From a virus (Duplodnaviria; Heunggongvirae; Uroviricota; Caudoviricetes): a DNA stretch of 26,251 bases. Below are positions 16,367 through 25,668 of this stretch, in pieces. Location: IMG/VR virus record IMGVR_UViG_2585427768_000003, positions 1 through 26,251 of that record, one strand, 5' to 3'. The stretch's first letter is position 1. Each line of letters opens with the position of its first letter. Position numbers and translations under genes: made by a program. A model generated the notes under the pieces. That model ran no database searches. It saw nothing but the letters and a program-made list of their open reading frames with translations, and had not been told where the DNA came from.

Positions 16367-17695
16367 ATGACGTGGAAAGACAGGCTTCAGGATGCGTCAT
16401 TTCGAGGTGTGCCGTTTAAGGTTGAAGAAGAAAGTGCGGGAACCGGTCGCCGTGTGGAAACACATGAATACCCGAACCGCGACAAGCCCTATACCGAAGA
16501 TCTGGGAAAAGTCACTTTCCGCCCGTCCATCACAGCTTATGTGGTGGGAGATGACTGCTTTGACCAGCGCGATCGCCTGATTGAAGCGCTGAATAAACCC
16601 GGTCCCGGCAAGCTTGTCCACCCGACATATGGTGAGCTGAAAGTCTGTGTTGACGGGGAAGTTCGGGTCAGCACATCGAAAAGTGAAGGGCGTATTGTCC
16701 GCTTTGACCTGAAGTTTGTCGAAGCAGGAGAACTCTCTTACCCCACATCAGGTGCGGCGACGGCGCAGACGCTGATGTCATCCTGTTCTGCACTGGATGA
16801 CTGCATCAGTGACAGTTTCAGTGGTTTCAGTATCGATGGCGTGGCGGATTTTGTGCAGAACGACGTCGTCGGTAATGCCAGCACAATGCTTGGGTATGTT
16901 TCTGATGCGATGAAAGTGGTGGATTCTGCCGTATCGGATGCCGCCAGACTGTTGCAGGGGGATATCTCGGTACTTCTGCCGCCGCCATCGTCAGGCAAAA
17001 ATTTCGTTGAGCAGGTGCAGAAAATGTGGCGTACCGGGAAGCGCCTTTATGGTAACGCCAGCGACCTGGTCACCATGATCAAAACGCTTTCCGGTGTCAG
17101 CCTCGGCAGCGATCTGCAACCGCGCGGCGTCTGGAAAACGGACAGTAAAACCACCGCCACGGCTACGCAGCAGCGTAACGTGGTTGCCAGCACCCTTCGT
17201 ACGACCGCAATCAGCGAAGCGGCGTATGCCGTCACCCGATTGCCTGCGCCAACAACTTCCGCGGTGATGCAGAATGCCGCAGTGGGGCAGGCAACAACAC
17301 CTGCGCAGAGCACTGGCTGGCCTTCCGTCACGCATCCGGCACTGAACAATGCACCGGCGGTGAAAAACACAGTTGACCTGCCGACGTGGGAAGAACTGAC
17401 TGACATTCGCGACACACTGAATACGGCAATTGATAAGGAGTTGTCCCGTACAACCAGTGATGCGCTGTTTCTGGCGCTGCGCCGGGTGAAAGCAGATCTG
17501 AATGCGGATATCAACACGCGCCTTGAACAGTCTGCACGGATCATTCAGCGCACGCCGGATGAGGTTTTACCCGCGCTGGTGCTGGCGGCGACCTGGTTTG
17601 ATAACGCGGCGCGTGACGCGGACATTATCCGGCGTAATGCCATTACGCATCCCGGCTTTGTGCCGGTGATCCCTCTGAAGGTGCCAGTGCAATGA
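16367..17695 (+). CDS. DNA circularisation protein (Mu N-like) of the tail/baseplate module
   Basis: about 443 aa; ATG at 16367 preceded by GGAG at 5-nt spacing (track start 16361 is GTG); N-terminus WKDRLQDASFRGVPFKVEEE typical of Mu N family. Confidence 0.8.
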   Translation: MTWKDRLQDASFRGVPFKVEEESAGTGRRVETHEYPNRDKPYTEDLGKVTFRPSITAYVVGDDCFDQRDRLIEALNKPGPGKLVHPTYGELKVCVDGEVRVSTSKSEGRIVRFDLKFVEAGELSYPTSGAATAQTLMSSCSALDDCISDSFSGFSIDGVADFVQNDVVGNASTMLGYVSDAMKVVDSAVSDAARLLQGDISVLLPPPSSGKNFVEQVQKMWRTGKRLYGNASDLVTMIKTLSGVSLGSDLQPRGVWKTDSKTTATATQQRNVVASTLRTTAISEAAYAVTRLPAPTTSAVMQNAAVGQATTPAQSTGWPSVTHPALNNAPAVKNTVDLPTWEELTDIRDTLNTAIDKELSRTTSDALFLALRRVKADLNADINTRLEQSARIIQRTPDEVLPALVLAATWFDNAARDADIIRRNAITHPGFVPVIPLKVPVQ

Positions 17696-18771
17696 ACGAT
17701 AACGTCACGCTACGGGTAAATGGCCGGGAGTGGAATGGCTGGACATCGGTGCGCATCGGTGCCGGTGTTGAACGACTGGCGCGGGATTTCAGTGTGGAGA
17801 TCCCCCGCCAGTGGCCGGGAGATGATGGTATCACCACGCTTCAGCCGCGCATTAAAAATGGTTCAAAAGTGGAAGTGCTGATTGGTGATGAGCTGGTGAT
17901 CACCGGCTGGGTGGAGGCGACCCCCGTTCGTTACGATGCCCGTTCGGTCAGCACCGGTATTGCCGGACGTAGTCTGACCGCTGACCTGATTGACTGTGCA
18001 GCCGAACCGACACAGTTTAACGGACGATCGCTGGTACAGATTGCGCAGGCGCTTGCTGCGCCTTTCGGCATTGAGGTGGTGAACAGCGATGCGCCGTCGG
18101 GTGTTATTCCGGATGTCCAGCCTGATCACGGTGAAACGGTGATCGAGGTGATCAACAAAATACTCGGTCAGCAGCAGGCGCTGGCTTATGACGACCCGCA
18201 CGGCAGGCTGGTGATTGGTGGTATTGGCTCAACGCGGGCACATACCGCGCTGGTACTTGGGGAAAACATCCTTTCCTGTGATACGGAGAAGAGTATCCGG
18301 GAGCGGTTTTCAGTTTACCAGGTGGCGGGGCAGCGTGCCGGAAACGACGATGATTTCGGTGAGGCCACCACCACCGCGCTGCGGGCCCGCACAGAGGATG
18401 CATTTATTGCCCGTTACCGTCCGATGTATATCAGGCAGACAGGGCAGGCTACGGGGGCAGGCTGTATTGCGCGTGCTGACTTTGAAGCCCGACAACGGGC
18501 GGCGCGGACGGATGAAACCACCTATGTGGTGCAGGGCTGGCGACAGGGTAACGGTACGCTGTGGCAGCCCAACCAGCGGGTGATTGTCTTCGATCCGGTC
18601 TGTGGTTTCGACAATACCGAACTGCTTGTCTCGGAAGTCACGTTTACTCAGGACCAGAATGGCACCCTGACGGAAATCCGTGTCGGCCCGCCTGATGCTT
18701 ATCTGCCTGAACCCGAAGATCCCGGCGCGCGGAAAAAGAAAAAAGCCAGAGTACAGGAGGACCCGTTCTGA
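17692..18771 (+). CDS. baseplate hub protein (Mu P / P2 gpD-like)
   Basis: 359 aa; ATGA overlap with upstream gene; position and sequence flavour of gpD-type hub proteins. Confidence 0.8.
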   Translation: MNDNVTLRVNGREWNGWTSVRIGAGVERLARDFSVEIPRQWPGDDGITTLQPRIKNGSKVEVLIGDELVITGWVEATPVRYDARSVSTGIAGRSLTADLIDCAAEPTQFNGRSLVQIAQALAAPFGIEVVNSDAPSGVIPDVQPDHGETVIEVINKILGQQQALAYDDPHGRLVIGGIGSTRAHTALVLGENILSCDTEKSIRERFSVYQVAGQRAGNDDDFGEATTTALRARTEDAFIARYRPMYIRQTGQATGAGCIARADFEARQRAARTDETTYVVQGWRQGNGTLWQPNQRVIVFDPVCGFDNTELLVSEVTFTQDQNGTLTEIRVGPPDAYLPEPEDPGARKKKKARVQEDPF

Positions 18772-19319
18772 TGAGGACGATTGAAGCAATGCAGCGACAA
18801 CTTCTCGGCCTGATTGGGCGGGCAGTGGTGAAAAGCATCAGTGCCGCCACGAAATGTCAGACCGTGGATGTGTCCCTGATTGCCGGTGAACCCAAAGCCG
18901 GGGTTGAACATCTTGAACCCTACGGTTTTACCGCAAGGGCAAACAGCGGTGCGGAAGCGGTGGTGTTGTTTCCGGATGGCGACCGTTCTCACGCGGTGGT
19001 TGTTACGGTGTCGGACCGTCGCTACCGCCTGAAAGGGCTGCAGACGGGTGAGGTGGCTGTCTATGACGATCAGGGGCAGTCCGTGACGCTGACCCGGGAG
19101 GGGATCGTGGTGGACGGTGCAGGTAAAACGATCACGTTTCGCAATTCACCTAAAGCACGTTTTGAAATGGACCTTGAAGTGACCGGACAGGTGAAAGACC
19201 TGTGCGACTCCGGCGGTACCACCATGTCAGCGATGCAGCTTGCCTATAACGGGCATCGTCACAGAGAGAACGGTCAGGGCAGTAACACCGACAAACCTGA
19301 TAAAGCGATGGAGGCATGA
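18771..19319 (+). CDS. baseplate assembly / spike protein (gpV-like, Mu gp45-like)
   Basis: 182 aa; TGATG overlap; follows the hub gene as in Mu and P2 baseplate clusters. Confidence 0.75.
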   Translation: MRTIEAMQRQLLGLIGRAVVKSISAATKCQTVDVSLIAGEPKAGVEHLEPYGFTARANSGAEAVVLFPDGDRSHAVVVTVSDRRYRLKGLQTGEVAVYDDQGQSVTLTREGIVVDGAGKTITFRNSPKARFEMDLEVTGQVKDLCDSGGTTMSAMQLAYNGHRHRENGQGSNTDKPDKAMEA

Positions 19320-19744
19320 TGGAACTGTGGCTGACGGTGAACGGTAAACGCACCTGCGCCAGCGCACAGCTGGATCCGCTGACCCGCGCCGTGGTGATTT
19401 CCCTGTTTACCTGGCGGCGGGCGGAGCCTGATGACAACGCCGACGTCCCGATGGGATGGTGGGGGGATACCTGGCCTGCGGTACAGAATGACCGTTACGG
19501 CTCCCGACTGTGGCTGCTTCAGCGCAGCAAACTGACCAATCAGCTGGTGCAGACGGTAAGGGGGTATATCCGCGAATGCCTGCAATGGATGATTGATGAC
19601 GGCGTGGTGTCCCGTATTGATCTGGATATCCGCCGCACCGGGATTAATGAACTGGGTAACAGTATCACTCTCTGGCGTCGTGACGGACCGGTAATGATTT
19701 CTTTTGATGATCTGTGGAGTGCGATAACGCATGGCGGACAGTGA
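19316..19744 (+). CDS. baseplate protein (Mu gp46 / gpW-like)
   Basis: 142 aa; overlaps neighbours at both ends; order conserved with Mu gp46. Confidence 0.7.
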   Translation: MMELWLTVNGKRTCASAQLDPLTRAVVISLFTWRRAEPDDNADVPMGWWGDTWPAVQNDRYGSRLWLLQRSKLTNQLVQTVRGYIRECLQWMIDDGVVSRIDLDIRRTGINELGNSITLWRRDGPVMISFDDLWSAITHGGQ

Positions 19745-20790
19745 ATTTCAGCGCCCGACGCTGGCAGAAAATATCAGTATGCTCCGTAACGATTTATTCG
19801 CCAGGCTGGACGTCAGCAACACGCTCCGGCGCATGGATGAAGACGTGCGGGCAAAGGTGTATGCGGCGGCGCTGCATACGGTTTACGGGTACATCGATTA
19901 TCTGGCAATGAACATGCTGCCTGACCTGTGCGATGAGTCCTGGCTGGCGCGACATGCTGCGATGAAACGGTGTCCGCGCAAGGGGGCCACGGCTGCCAGC
20001 GGGTATATGCGCTGGGAAGGTGTCAGCGATGGCCTGAAGGTGACCGCCGGGAGTGTTATTCAGCGCGATGACCTGGTGCAGTACACGGCAACTGCCGATG
20101 CAACCAGCTCCGGTGGTGTCCTGCGCGTGCCGATCGCCTGCTCAAGTGCAGGCGCGGTCGGTAACGCTGACGACGGTACGTCATTAATCCTGGTCACGCC
20201 GGTGAATGGTCTGCCGTCTTCCGGCGTGGCAGATACACTGACAGGTGGATTTGATACTGAAGAGCTGGAAACGTGGCGCGCCCGCGTCATTGAGCGGTAT
20301 TACTGGACGCCTCAGGGCGGGGCTGACGGGGACTATGTCGTCTGGGCTAAAGAAGTGCCCGGCATTACCCGCGCATGGACATACCGACACTGGATGGGAA
20401 CGGGGACTGTCGGTGTGATGATTGCCAGCAGTGACCTGATTAATCCCATTCCGGAAGAATCAACGGAAATGGCGGCAAGACAACATATCGGGCCACTGGC
20501 CCCGGTGGCAGGCTCTGATTTGTATGTGTTCAGGCCGGTGGCGCATACGGTGGATTTTCATATCCGTGTGACGATCGGATACACCAGAAATACGGGCTGC
20601 CATCACCGCCGAGTTGCGTTCGTTCCTGCTGCGTGATGGTTATCCGCAGGGAGAACTGAAGGTGTCGCGTATCAGTGAAGCGATTTCCGGTGCGAACGGG
20701 GAATACAGCCATCAGTTGCTTGCACCGGCAGACAATATCTCCATTGCAAAAAATGAACTGGCGGTACTGGGGACGATTTCATGGACGTGA
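19731..20790 (+). pseudogene. baseplate J-like protein (Mu gp47-like), interrupted by a +1 frame change near 20572..20585
   Basis: frame 0 ORF 19731..20636 ends in a basic tail unlike the rest (…RNTGCHHRRVAFVPAA); the +1 frame opens at 20572 and reads a protein-like C-terminus (TPEIRAAITAELRSFLLRDGYPQGELKVSRISEAISGANGEY...) ending in a stop that overlaps the next gene start (ATGGACGTGA). Confidence 0.6.
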
Positions 20791-21365
20791 CAAACGATGA
20801 TTACATCCGTCTGTTGTCGGCACTGTTGCCCCCCGGTCCGGCGTGGTCAGCCAGCGATCCGGCGATTGCCGGTGCGGCACCGTCATTAACCCGCGTTCAT
20901 CAGCGTGCGGATGCCCTGATGCGGGAGCTGGATCCGCGCACCACCACTGAACTGATAAACCGCTGGGAGCGTCTGTGCGGCCTGCCGGATGAATGTATTC
21001 CTACAGGGACACAGACCCTTCGCCAGCGTCAGCAACGGCTGGATGCGAAGATTAATCTGGCGGGCGGCATTAATGAGGATTTTTACCTTGCACAGCTTGC
21101 TGCCCTGGGCAGACCAGACGCCACCATCACGCGATACGATAAAAGCACGTTCACCTGCTCATCTGCCTGTACTGACGCGGTGAATGCGCCGGAATGGCGG
21201 TATTACTGGCAGGTCAACATGCCAGCCGCCACCAACACCACCTGGATGACATGTGGCGATCCCTGTGATTCCGCACTGCGTATCTGGGGCGACACCGTTG
21301 TCGAGTGTGTGCTTAACAAACTCTGCCCTTCGCATACCTACGTAATTTTTAAATATCCGGAGTAA
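20781..21365 (+). CDS. tail protein (Mu gp48 / YmfQ-like, DUF2313-type)
   Basis: 194 aa; located between baseplate J-like and tail fiber genes; family from recall. Confidence 0.7.
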   Translation: MDVTNDDYIRLLSALLPPGPAWSASDPAIAGAAPSLTRVHQRADALMRELDPRTTTELINRWERLCGLPDECIPTGTQTLRQRQQRLDAKINLAGGINEDFYLAQLAALGRPDATITRYDKSTFTCSSACTDAVNAPEWRYYWQVNMPAATNTTWMTCGDPCDSALRIWGDTVVECVLNKLCPSHTYVIFKYPE

Positions 21366-21368
21366 TCC

Positions 21369-22469
21369 ATGCATCGTATAGACACGAAAACCGCGCAGAA
21401 GGATAAGTTCGGCGCGGGTAAGAACGGTTTTACCCGTGGTAACCCCCAGACCGGCACGCCTGCCACCGATCTGGATGATGACTACTTTGACATGTTGCAG
21501 GAAGAACTCTGCAGCGTGGTGGAGGCATCCGGTGCCAGCCTGGAGAAGGGGCGGCACGATCAGCTTCTTACCGCGCTTCGTGCGCTGCTGTTAAGCCGCA
21601 AGAATCCGTTTGGCGATATCAAATCGGATGGCACTGTGCAAACGGCTCTCGAAAACCTGGGAATGACAGACATTCTGAATGATAAACAGGATAAAAATGA
21701 TAATCTGACATCATTGTCGAGCTTAACAGGAATACCGGATGGGCTGGCATTTTTTACAGGTGCTGGAACAATGGATATGACAGCGCTGACTCAAAATGGT
21801 AGGGAAATTTTAAGTAAAAAAAACGTATCGGAAACTCTACAATATTTAACACTTGGTGATGGAACAGGAAGGCTTTTGGGGGTTCAGGTATTTGGATCAT
21901 CTGGGACTTATCACAAATCACCTGGTGTAACGAAAATTATAGTGGAAGCCGTTGGCGGTGGTGGTGCCAGTGGCAATTTATCAGCAACAGCCTCAAATAA
22001 CTGTGGTGTAAGTGCTGCCGGTTCCAACGGGGCATATGCTAAAGCATTTTTTTATCAGTCTATACCTGAATCCGTGCAAGTAACTATTGGAAGCGGTGGT
22101 GTAGCAGGAACAGGACCAGGAGGCTCTGGAGGTGACGGCGGGAATACAAGCTTTGGTGATTTGCTTGTATGCCCGGGAGGAAGGGGATCAACTCAAGTTC
22201 AGCAGGTACCTCCATTTTCAGGGGGAAGTGCAACAGAAGCACCAATTCCTACAGGGCAAGGGATTCTGTTCCATTCAGTTTCACGATCAAATTTATGTGG
22301 GGCACTTGGACTTGGTGATGATCAGGCGATTGGCGTTGAAAGTATAACCACTACTATGCTTGGGACATACGGTATTGGCGGGGCAGGGAAATACAATAAG
22401 GCGTCATCAGGCCCAGCGACAGGAAATAATGGAAATCAGGGATATATTCTTGTGTGGGAGTATCAGTAA
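21369..22469 (+). CDS. tail fiber protein with conserved N-terminal anchor and AT-rich glycine-rich C-terminal receptor-binding region
   Basis: 366 aa; N-terminus [17 protein letters not shown]...[19 protein letters not shown] typical of tail fiber anchors; composition shifts to AT-rich near 21660; C-terminal Gly-rich motifs ([25 protein letters not shown]). Confidence 0.8.
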   Translation: MHRIDTKTAQKDKFGAGKNGFTRGNPQTGTPATDLDDDYFDMLQEELCSVVEASGASLEKGRHDQLLTALRALLLSRKNPFGDIKSDGTVQTALENLGMTDILNDKQDKNDNLTSLSSLTGIPDGLAFFTGAGTMDMTALTQNGREILSKKNVSETLQYLTLGDGTGRLLGVQVFGSSGTYHKSPGVTKIIVEAVGGGGASGNLSATASNNCGVSAAGSNGAYAKAFFYQSIPESVQVTIGSGGVAGTGPGGSGGDGGNTSFGDLLVCPGGRGSTQVQQVPPFSGGSATEAPIPTGQGILFHSVSRSNLCGALGLGDDQAIGVESITTTMLGTYGIGGAGKYNKASSGPATGNNGNQGYILVWEYQ

Positions 22470-22648
22470 TGAGCGATATTTATGCAGTCGTACAAAATGG
22501 TGTCGTTACAAATCTTGTTGTATGGGATGGTAAGTCAGAGTTTAAGCCAGAAAAAGCGGATATAGTTAAATGTGTTGGAGATGTTGGTATTGGCTGGTCA
22601 TATGACGGTAAAAAATTCATCAAGCCTGAAGATAAAACCGCGCAATAG
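22469..22648 (+). CDS. small protein downstream of tail fiber (possible fiber chaperone/accessory), 59 aa
   Basis: ATG at 22469 overlaps the fiber stop (TAATG), GGGAG 8 nt upstream; track start 22454 is GTG; AT-rich like the fiber C-terminus. Confidence 0.55.
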   Translation: MSDIYAVVQNGVVTNLVVWDGKSEFKPEKADIVKCVGDVGIGWSYDGKKFIKPEDKTAQ

Positions 22649-22664
22649 CGCGGTTTTATTTATT
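22634..22664. terminator. bidirectional Rho-independent terminator between convergent genes
   Basis: stem AACCGCGC/GCGCGGTT with AATA loop, A-tract 5' and T-tract 3'; both convergent stop codons (22646..22648 and 22660..22662) lie inside the element. Confidence 0.7.
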
Positions 22665-23679
22665 TTACTGCTAAAATTCGTTTTCTTAGCATCAGCTCTA
22701 AAGGCTCCTCAACTAATTTATAAAGTATGATTGAGACTATGGTTATTATAACAAGGAGCGCTATTAAATAGAGTGGTCCGGGGTTATGTCCAAAGATTTT
22801 AAAGCAAAATAATATAATGGGTTGATGAATTAAATAAAAAATAAATGATGATTTCCCTAATAGCTCTAGGGTTTTTGAACTGAGGATAGTATGAATGACT
22901 CCATTTCTTAGATAGATGCATGAAGTAAAGAATATTACCATGGGGAGTAAATAATATAACGAATAACGTAGACTATTATTTATGTTGTTGCTATAATATA
23001 TAGCTATTAGCAGAGGTAATAGTGAAATTAAAAACAAAAGGCTGTCGACTGTCTGCTGTCGGCTGTTTTTCCAGCAAGCGTAAATAATCATGCCGCAAAT
23101 AAATTCTACCAAGCGGCTTACTGGGAATATATAATATAACCAGTGATTAAGTTCTTCTGTTTGTATAATTTTTAAAAAATATATAGTTAATAGTAGAGTT
23201 ATAATTGATATTGCAGTGATTACTTTCTTTGTAATTGATGTATAAATCAACGGAATAAACATTAAATAAAAAAACAGCTCATCAGACAAAGACCATGATA
23301 CACCATTTAATGAGAAGTAGTAATCCTCCTTTGGTATCCAACTTTGCATTAATAAAATATTTGTTAAGGTTTTTGAAAAATCAAAGTTCTTTAAGTGAAT
23401 GGTTAGTAAAATAAATGGCATGGCTAATAATAGATGCATTGGAACAATTCTTGCCAATCTTAAAAGAATAAACTGTCTTTTACTTGTTACTTCATTTTTT
23501 AGCTTGTCTTCATATGAATATGAAAGAATGAAGCCAGATAAAATAAAGAAAAAGGAAACGCCAATAAATCCCTGGGAAAACATTTCTTTTACAAAAACAC
23601 CAAAATAGTCTGTATTTAAATGGCATAAATAAACCATTAATGCAGCTATAAATCTGAGTCCTGTTAAGTGGCGAAGCAT
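22660..23679 (-). CDS. membrane acyltransferase family 3 (O-antigen acetyltransferase Oac/OafA-like), likely serotype-conversion gene
   Basis: 339 aa from ATG at 23679 (AAGAGG Shine-Dalgarno; track start 23709 also possible); multiple predicted TM helices; N-terminal RHLTGLRFIAALMVYLCH motif typical of acyltransferase-3; very AT-rich. Confidence 0.8.
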   Translation of the reverse strand: MLRHLTGLRFIAALMVYLCHLNTDYFGVFVKEMFSQGFIGVSFFFILSGFILSYSYEDKLKNEVTSKRQFILLRLARIVPMHLLLAMPFILLTIHLKNFDFSKTLTNILLMQSWIPKEDYYFSLNGVSWSLSDELFFYLMFIPLIYTSITKKVITAISIITLLLTIYFLKIIQTEELNHWLYYIFPVSRLVEFICGMIIYACWKNSRQQTVDSLLFLISLLPLLIAIYYSNNINNSLRYSLYYLLPMVIFFTSCIYLRNGVIHTILSSKTLELLGKSSFIFYLIHQPIILFCFKIFGHNPGPLYLIALLVIITIVSIILYKLVEEPLELMLRKRILAVK

Positions 23680-23982
23680 CAATAACCTCTTGTTATGAAG
23701 ATAAAGCAATTCAAAAGAGGCATTTTATGACTGTAGGGGATTGGTGTCTATATGAATGAGTAATCTGGTTTTTAAAATCTTCTTTAATTACAAAATAAAC
23801 CTTTCTTAGGCTATAGATTTGTGGCTGTAACACTGTGTGTCCACGACATTGAGACATCCTTCCGCTTTGCTATAGATGTGGAATTCAGGATCAAGCGATA
23901 TCGGACTCATCCTCAGCACCACCCGGTTAATCTGGATAACGGGAGAAGGGAAGCGCTGCCAGAAGATGATGATGGTTACAGT

Positions 23983-24010
23983 TCTGCACTGGCTATTCTG
24001 CACTGGCTAT
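23983..24010. repeat. perfect tandem duplication of 14 bp (TCTGCACTGGCTAT x2)
   Basis: two identical adjacent units 23983..23996 and 23997..24010 in the noncoding cargo region. Confidence 0.8.
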
Positions 24011-24414
24011 ATTCGTGGTGATCACTTACATAATTAATGACGCCAGGAATACGGAGTTTGATGATTGCCTGGTGATGTGAGAAAAAACTCATACACACAA
24101 AGCTTTGCACTGGATTGCAAGGCTTTGTGCTATTCGATAGCACGAGTTTGAATGAAAATCAGCCGTTATCGATTTTACGTATTTTTGTATGAGAGGATTT
24201 TTACCTCCTCCCACCGATCCTCCATAACTTTACGACACTGTCTCTAGGACTGCTATGTGCCAAGAGCGGAATTTTCTAATATTATGCTGCATTCGTTTAA
24301 GGGGAGCAGATCAGCTAACGACTCCTACGTCCTGGGGAAAGGTCACATATGCTAAACAGCAGCTCAGCAAAGAGAAGAGCGAATTTGGTAACGGGAAACC
24401 GTTATGATATGAAT

Positions 24415-24442
24415 AAGGCTCCCAATGGGAGCCTTATTTTTT
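24415..24442 (+). terminator. Rho-independent terminator (9-bp stem AAGGCTCCC / GGGAGCCTT, 3-nt loop, ATTTTTT)
   Basis: perfect hairpin followed by T6 on the plus strand; lies 18 nt beyond the stop of the minus-strand 57-aa gene, so may act bidirectionally. Confidence 0.65.
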
Positions 24443-24459
24443 GATAGGGATGATGAATA

Positions 24460-24633
24460 TTATCCGAGGCTTACTGGCTTTACACCTTTCTTCGGCCCGA
24501 CCATATCCATGTCTTTTTCCTTCTGACCAACTTTGGCAAGTTTGTTGCCGTCGATGGAAGCCCAGAAGTCGAGAGAGCGTCTTGCACTAGCCATAGCTTT
24601 ATCAGAAGTGATTTTTTTATGTTGTTTGATCAT
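24460..24633 (-). CDS. small Lys-rich hypothetical protein (57 aa)
   Basis: ATG at 24633 preceded by AGAGG at 6-nt spacing; below the ORF-track size cutoff; sequence MIKQHKKITSDKAMASARRSLDFWASIDGNKLAKVGQKEKDMDMVGPKKGVKPVSLG. Confidence 0.5.
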   Translation of the reverse strand: MIKQHKKITSDKAMASARRSLDFWASIDGNKLAKVGQKEKDMDMVGPKKGVKPVSLG

Positions 24634-24723
24634 GGTTAACCTCTTTGGCTATAGACTTTACGGATAATTTTATAACAAATGCGTTCATTAAACAAACAGC
24701 CCATCGACTGCTGATTGAGATTG

Positions 24724-25296
24724 TCATTCTTCAACTGGGTCAATGCCATTCACTTTCCGTCGTATGGTGTCGAGGATGTCGTGCACATCTGCAGACATCT
24801 TACTGTGGTCATGCCATACTTGGGCAAATCCGTAGCTCCTGTAACGCGGTTGTGCATCTTCAGTAGGATCTTGAATATAAACGTCGTCAAGCTCCGCGAT
24901 CTGGCAGAAGGTAGTCGCGTAAATAAGTGCGATGATCAACACATTGCCTGTTAGGTCGGTATCCTCATCTGAAATGAAGTTTTCTAACATGCAAATTGAG
25001 AATTGCTCACGGCGCCAGTCGTATTTACAAATGATAACCGCATGAAGCTGTTCGGGCTCATCACGGTCGATCAGCTTTAACGTTATATCCAGTATTCCAT
25101 CTACAGCGTCACCGCGATAGGTCTGCATCGCCCATCGCCAGTCCAAGTGGCTTTGTAAACTTGCATCTTCAAGCTGGCGTCTCTCTTCATCGCTCAAAAC
25201 GCCTACAGAGATATTAGTCCATCCAAGTGATTCAATAGCTTTTTGTGTTGTTGCTAGACATTGATCATGTATTTGCTGAGTAGATAGGAAGCTCAC
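24724..25296 (-). CDS. hypothetical acidic protein (190 aa), unknown function
   Basis: GTG start at 25296 with AAGGA upstream; protein-like composition; only a weak GNAT-like C-terminal Y-x-x-Y-G-F, no canonical acetyl-CoA motif. Confidence 0.5.
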   Translation of the reverse strand: MSFLSTQQIHDQCLATTQKAIESLGWTNISVGVLSDEERRQLEDASLQSHLDWRWAMQTYRGDAVDGILDITLKLIDRDEPEQLHAVIICKYDWRREQFSICMLENFISDEDTDLTGNVLIIALIYATTFCQIAELDDVYIQDPTEDAQPRYRSYGFAQVWHDHSKMSADVHDILDTIRRKVNGIDPVEE

Positions 25297-25668
25297 TTCA
25301 TGTCATCCTTTATCTTTTGTCCCACAGCAATTATATCGTTCAAGTGTGAAAGTAGGCGAGTTATTCTGACCTACGCCTCTCGCTATACGTGGTTTTAGAG
25401 GGCTGACATGACTGTTCCCAGCTGATTGCCACACGGCATTGTTCGCAAGATTTATGTCGACTCAATTATGAACGTCTGCTGATCGCTCATAACAGGCATT
25501 CACTACATTTATCTTCATTGGCTATGCAAGTCGTAATACAAGTTGGGACAAAACTGAGACACATAAGGCCTCACAATGGCTTGCAAGGCTTTACATGTTT
25601 TGATGTGATGGGACGTGTGAGCGCAGTGTTGATGGGGTAATGCTTTGAATTAGAAACGGATTCTTATA

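Noticed and set aside
16361-16369. GTG at 16361 as the start of the DNA-circularisation gene
   Set aside because: The in-frame ATG at 16367 is 5 nt after a GGAG Shine-Dalgarno, while the GTG overlaps that Shine-Dalgarno.
24093-25597. Imperfect ~38-bp direct repeat (24093..24130 vs 25558..25597) that might flank the two-gene cargo as an inserted cassette
   Set aside because: Only a 12-bp exact core (TTGCAAGGCTTT) with ~70% flanking identity; exact 12-mers recur by chance in 26 kb on two strands, so this is not reliable evidence of a cassette boundary.
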